Below, in pieces: positions 62,001 through 64,000 of a stretch of DNA of 64,000 nt. The notes below the pieces were generated by a model. The model ran no database searches and had not been told where the DNA came from. It was given only the letters and a program-made list of their open reading frames with translations. The translations under genes were made by a program, and so were the position numbers. How positions within the stretch are numbered: position 1 is the first letter of the stretch; each line of letters begins with the position of its first letter. Source of the stretch: Planctomycetota bacterium (GTDB lineage Bacteria > Planctomycetota > JACQVV01 > JASMLP01); the NCBI GenBank assembly GCA_030748635.1, contig JASMLP010000027.1:1227-65226 (forward strand). Reading direction: 5' to 3'.

Positions 62001-63442
62001 ATGACTCGGTCGGTAGCGATCTCTTCCTGAGAGCGAAAAGTAACCCGATATCGCCCTGGATCGGGGAGTACCAGTTGTTTCGAAATAGATCCTGTCCATT
62101 CGATGATCTCGTCGAGTATTGGAGAGGATTCGGATCCCAGATCACGGGAAATTGTCAATTTCCCCTTGCAACGCGATCCCGGAGCGTGGAGATGTGCCAT
62201 GAGAACCTCTCCAGGGGCGAGCAGTTTTCTTTGAATGCTCAGGCGGCCCGATGGAATTTTTCGCGAGGATCGGGGAGGAGGAGGTGAAGCGCGTGGTCCG
62301 TCCGGTTGGAGGAACCAACTGCCTCGATGAATGCGTGATCCGATGAAAAAAAGTAGTTTTCCTTCCCCCGCCTGAAGGGGGGTGGAAGTTGGTATCGTAA
62401 GTTTTTGGCGAGCGCGCCCCCATCGATCCAGTTGAACCGTTTTTTGGATCTGAAAGGAATTGTTGGGTCCGACGAGACGTACGATACAGTTCTGGTCTCG
62501 AGTGATTTCTGCCGGCTCTACCTGGATGAGAATGGTTATGGATTGCCCAGGGGTGGTTTCGGCCGGAAAGGCTCTCAGATAGACCCTTTCTTCAGATCCA
62601 GAGGGTGGGGCGGGAGCTATAGGGATCCACGTGTGAATTCCGTTCTGCTCGGCAAGGATACCCAGGGGCAATGGATGGGCGGGGGCTAATCGGGCGATGC
62701 CGCGGGAGTCGGTCGTTGTTTTCATGACCGATAATTCATCGCGCCCCTCAAAAAAACGGGCTTTGGGAACTCCGGTTCCATCTTCTCGAGCAAGTTTTAT
62801 GGTGACCTCCTGAGAGGTGCGGAGAGCCCATCCCTGATAGGGGGTGATCCAGATGGGCGCCAGGGTCAGGTGCCCGGGACTGAGTACACCCCAAAGGTAT
62901 AATCCAGGAACTCCGCCAGGCGGATAGTGTATTCGGGTCCATTTACCTGGAGAAGCTTCCTCTTTGGGAAGAACCGCGATCAGGGTCAGGGAGCCGATTT
63001 CGGGAGAAGAGGGATGCGCGTCGATGCGCCAGTCGGCATCGGGAGCTTTTGTCTTGGTGAGGGATGAGTGGGAGAGGCATCGCCTGATTTTCGAAATCGC
63101 ATGCTCTGGGTGGGTGATTCCGGACCGACCGATGGGACAGTGCCGGAGGAACTCTGAAGGGGAATCGACCCGAAAAAGAAGTGGAAGTGCGGGAACCGCT
63201 TCGAGGAAGCCGATTCGCAGGGGAATCGGTTGGTGGGGCCGGACTGGGCCGTCGGTTCGTAGGTCGTGAGGAGAATGTCTCGGAGGGTTGAGAGGGCGGT
63301 CAGTTTTTGTCGGAGGTGTCTCGGCGGGGGGGCGCACTGGAGAATGGGGTTGAGGCCGCGGATTGGGGGTGGGTTGAGGGATGTTGCAGCCCTGAATACC
63401 GCCTAAAAGGGAGAGAGTGAGGAGTGCGAATCGAAAAAGCAT
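59048..63442 (-). CDS. Large lipoprotein, divergent alpha-2-macroglobulin-like
   Basis: Lipobox IQGC; MG-like TTDSRGIA and PRTLRIGD; helical TED-like region with WGTDRNS; LEEPLPPA and PGTYQLPPT C-terminal pattern. Confidence 0.65.
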   Translation of the reverse strand: MLFRFALLTLSLLGGIQGCNIPQPTPNPRPQPHSPVRPPAETPPTKTDRPLNPPRHSPHDLRTDGPVRPHQPIPLRIGFLEAVPALPLLFRVDSPSEFLRHCPIGRSGITHPEHAISKIRRCLSHSSLTKTKAPDADWRIDAHPSSPEIGSLTLIAVLPKEEASPGKWTRIHYPPGGVPGLYLWGVLSPGHLTLAPIWITPYQGWALRTSQEVTIKLAREDGTGVPKARFFEGRDELSVMKTTTDSRGIARLAPAHPLPLGILAEQNGIHTWIPIAPAPPSGSEERVYLRAFPAETTPGQSITILIQVEPAEITRDQNCIVRLVGPNNSFQIQKTVQLDRWGRARQKLTIPTSTPLQAGEGKLLFFIGSRIHRGSWFLQPDGPRASPPPPRSSRKIPSGRLSIQRKLLAPGEVLMAHLHAPGSRCKGKLTISRDLGSESSPILDEIIEWTGSISKQLVLPDPGRYRVTFRSQEEIATDRVIQLPPSSSKLPFPSVPGPHLDIERHPDHPNSFRVLLQHETSHSLAWFTAETSNKLLHHRGLLTPDQPIWFDLSLPSLLPGEKVYFRMHHKTPSGWKTIDRTFASSPPPTILPTSKLFEYTETLDFLSSPRIHSFFSLFPLPGRFTLSEDLSFPGQAVYLPQRDRRSTIRRIDALTLHMLTALRQKEFRTAIWLAEDILRHFPDHDTAQYAAETARRALSIERAPKTGVLSSQDPEKRIERTLPLNLKGLLLETAFRSLEYATRIEIQLDPFLRQQSDWSTTRVDFETRGASARHVLDRLATRNHLAYRFHRDSLIVSTPNRISTPALQKLLLSDSLPSATPPGLLNRLQVTLADGSILPFSPVQPPLTSPPGVRHVRSGIHKIRSTFYSDANNKLIETREVLPPPGNLSWNARIPRTLRIGDRPLCPIEIRSRSSFRGRLRSSTGSSPEIHFEPDSPTTLWTPLNGPGPQHFQLGPKSWTFNIGTVSPNTRRSELVSGTLSPHTPSKSWTSEWLPQTITHLHLYPSPAAFLPELLKSLTHPASRDAESKIIRRLAPFLALEWSRRWPGGAPPWLLSAIQDALHAELPDWPEPDPDTSLFNSPLQKTAWIFEQILRARNLGLAIPENMIAGYLETVRNRQDSQDPISQWSLLLCESLINPSESVDRCIQLLSSTPLETIDSRGLSIALECCLILKLEEESTALRNRILDRKNTREPYSFWGREGHPEWSQDSFSITNRVLRGLSSSPGAHPEEILRGFGYLLARRTRGPGWGTDRNSFEILLTILSLPYPASLSPETSWEIQIGSDRWKIKAQSGGPQIHPYQGSSPDSRLFSPTLSNGTSPIFLSIAYQPLLRQPNVPSRIERRFTPVPSLGPTTYLVQLVSDPPLASGAYRLEEPLPPASRLIATTPMSREDEESLRIEPSLTLDLHQTISKSKTIFFSYLIECSIPGTYQLPPTRMSPIDRPEASAWGFPSTIRIPAPTQPR

Positions 63443-63559
63443 CGTCTCGTTTCCCGGTAGCAAGTGGCCTGTAGAATTGGGGCTCGATCTTGGCAATCTT
63501 GGTTTGCTTAGGAATAATCCTGGCTTGCGTATCGGTTCGAGTCAAGGAGGGCAAGGATC

Positions 63560-64000
63560 ATGGCTAAAATAAAAAAGGTTGTGCTCGCGTATTCGGGAGG
63601 GCTGGATACATCGGTCATTCTGCGCTGGATTCAGGAAACCTATGACGCGGAGGTGATCACTTTCACTGCGGATATCGGCCAGGGAGAAGAGGTCGAAGAG
63701 GCCAGGCAGAAGGCGCTCGATACGGGCGCGGTCAAAGCCTATGCGCTGGATCTCAGTTCCGCATTTGTGGAAGAGTTCGTTTATCCCGCCATGCGAGCTG
63801 GTGCGATATACGAAAACGAATATCTTCTTGGAACCGCTTTGGCCCGGCCTTTGATCGCTCGGGAGATGATCCGTATCGCTGAGGAAGAGGAAGCGGATGC
63901 CGTCAGTCATGGGGCGACGGGAAAGGGGAATGATCAGATCCGTTTCGAATTGACATTTTACGCTTTGCGTCCAGATATACACGTTATTGCCCCGTGGCGT
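63560..64000 (+). CDS. argG: Argininosuccinate synthase (3' end beyond the window)
   Basis: [46 protein letters not shown]; missing from the ORF track because no stop falls in the window. Confidence 0.97.
   Translation, partial: MAKIKKVVLAYSGGLDTSVILRWIQETYDAEVITFTADIGQGEEVEEARQKALDTGAVKAYALDLSSAFVEEFVYPAMRAGAIYENEYLLGTALARPLIAREMIRIAEEEEADAVSHGATGKGNDQIRFELTFYALRPDIHVIAPWR

Noticed and set aside
63542-63982. 146-aa minus-strand ORF in the track
   Set aside because: The real gene is argG on the plus strand.
1-64000. CRISPR arrays, rRNA, IS elements, prophage or known defence systems
   Set aside because: Reading by eye found no regularly spaced repeats, transposase/integrase motifs or phage structural genes; short or degenerate elements could have been missed.

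Overview
Gene-dense bacterial chromosome segment of about 45 CDS and one tRNA-Thr(CGT). It most likely comes from a Planctomycetota genome, inferred from the multidomain Ser/Thr kinases, several N-terminal zinc-ribbon membrane proteins, HEAT/TPR proteins and GAF- or FHA-type sigma54 activators. Recognisable genes are rsfS, hppA, sodA, a tricorn-type S41 protease, two tandem M28 peptidases, guaBA, pilD, hisH and the 5' end of argG. There is also an ssnA-ygeY-ygeW-arcC purine/ureide catabolic operon led by a threonine-synthase-like PLP enzyme. I saw no CRISPR array, prophage or transposase. The most striking accessory feature is a two-gene operon (49596-53414) that looks by eye like a split bacterial vitellogenin/MTP-type large lipid transfer protein. 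Other oddities are a receptor-like pseudokinase, a thioester-less alpha-2-macroglobulin-like lipoprotein, and an OB-fold-like ORF coupled to a membrane-anchored GXGXG beta-helix protein. All family calls come from motif recognition by eye; no database search was run.
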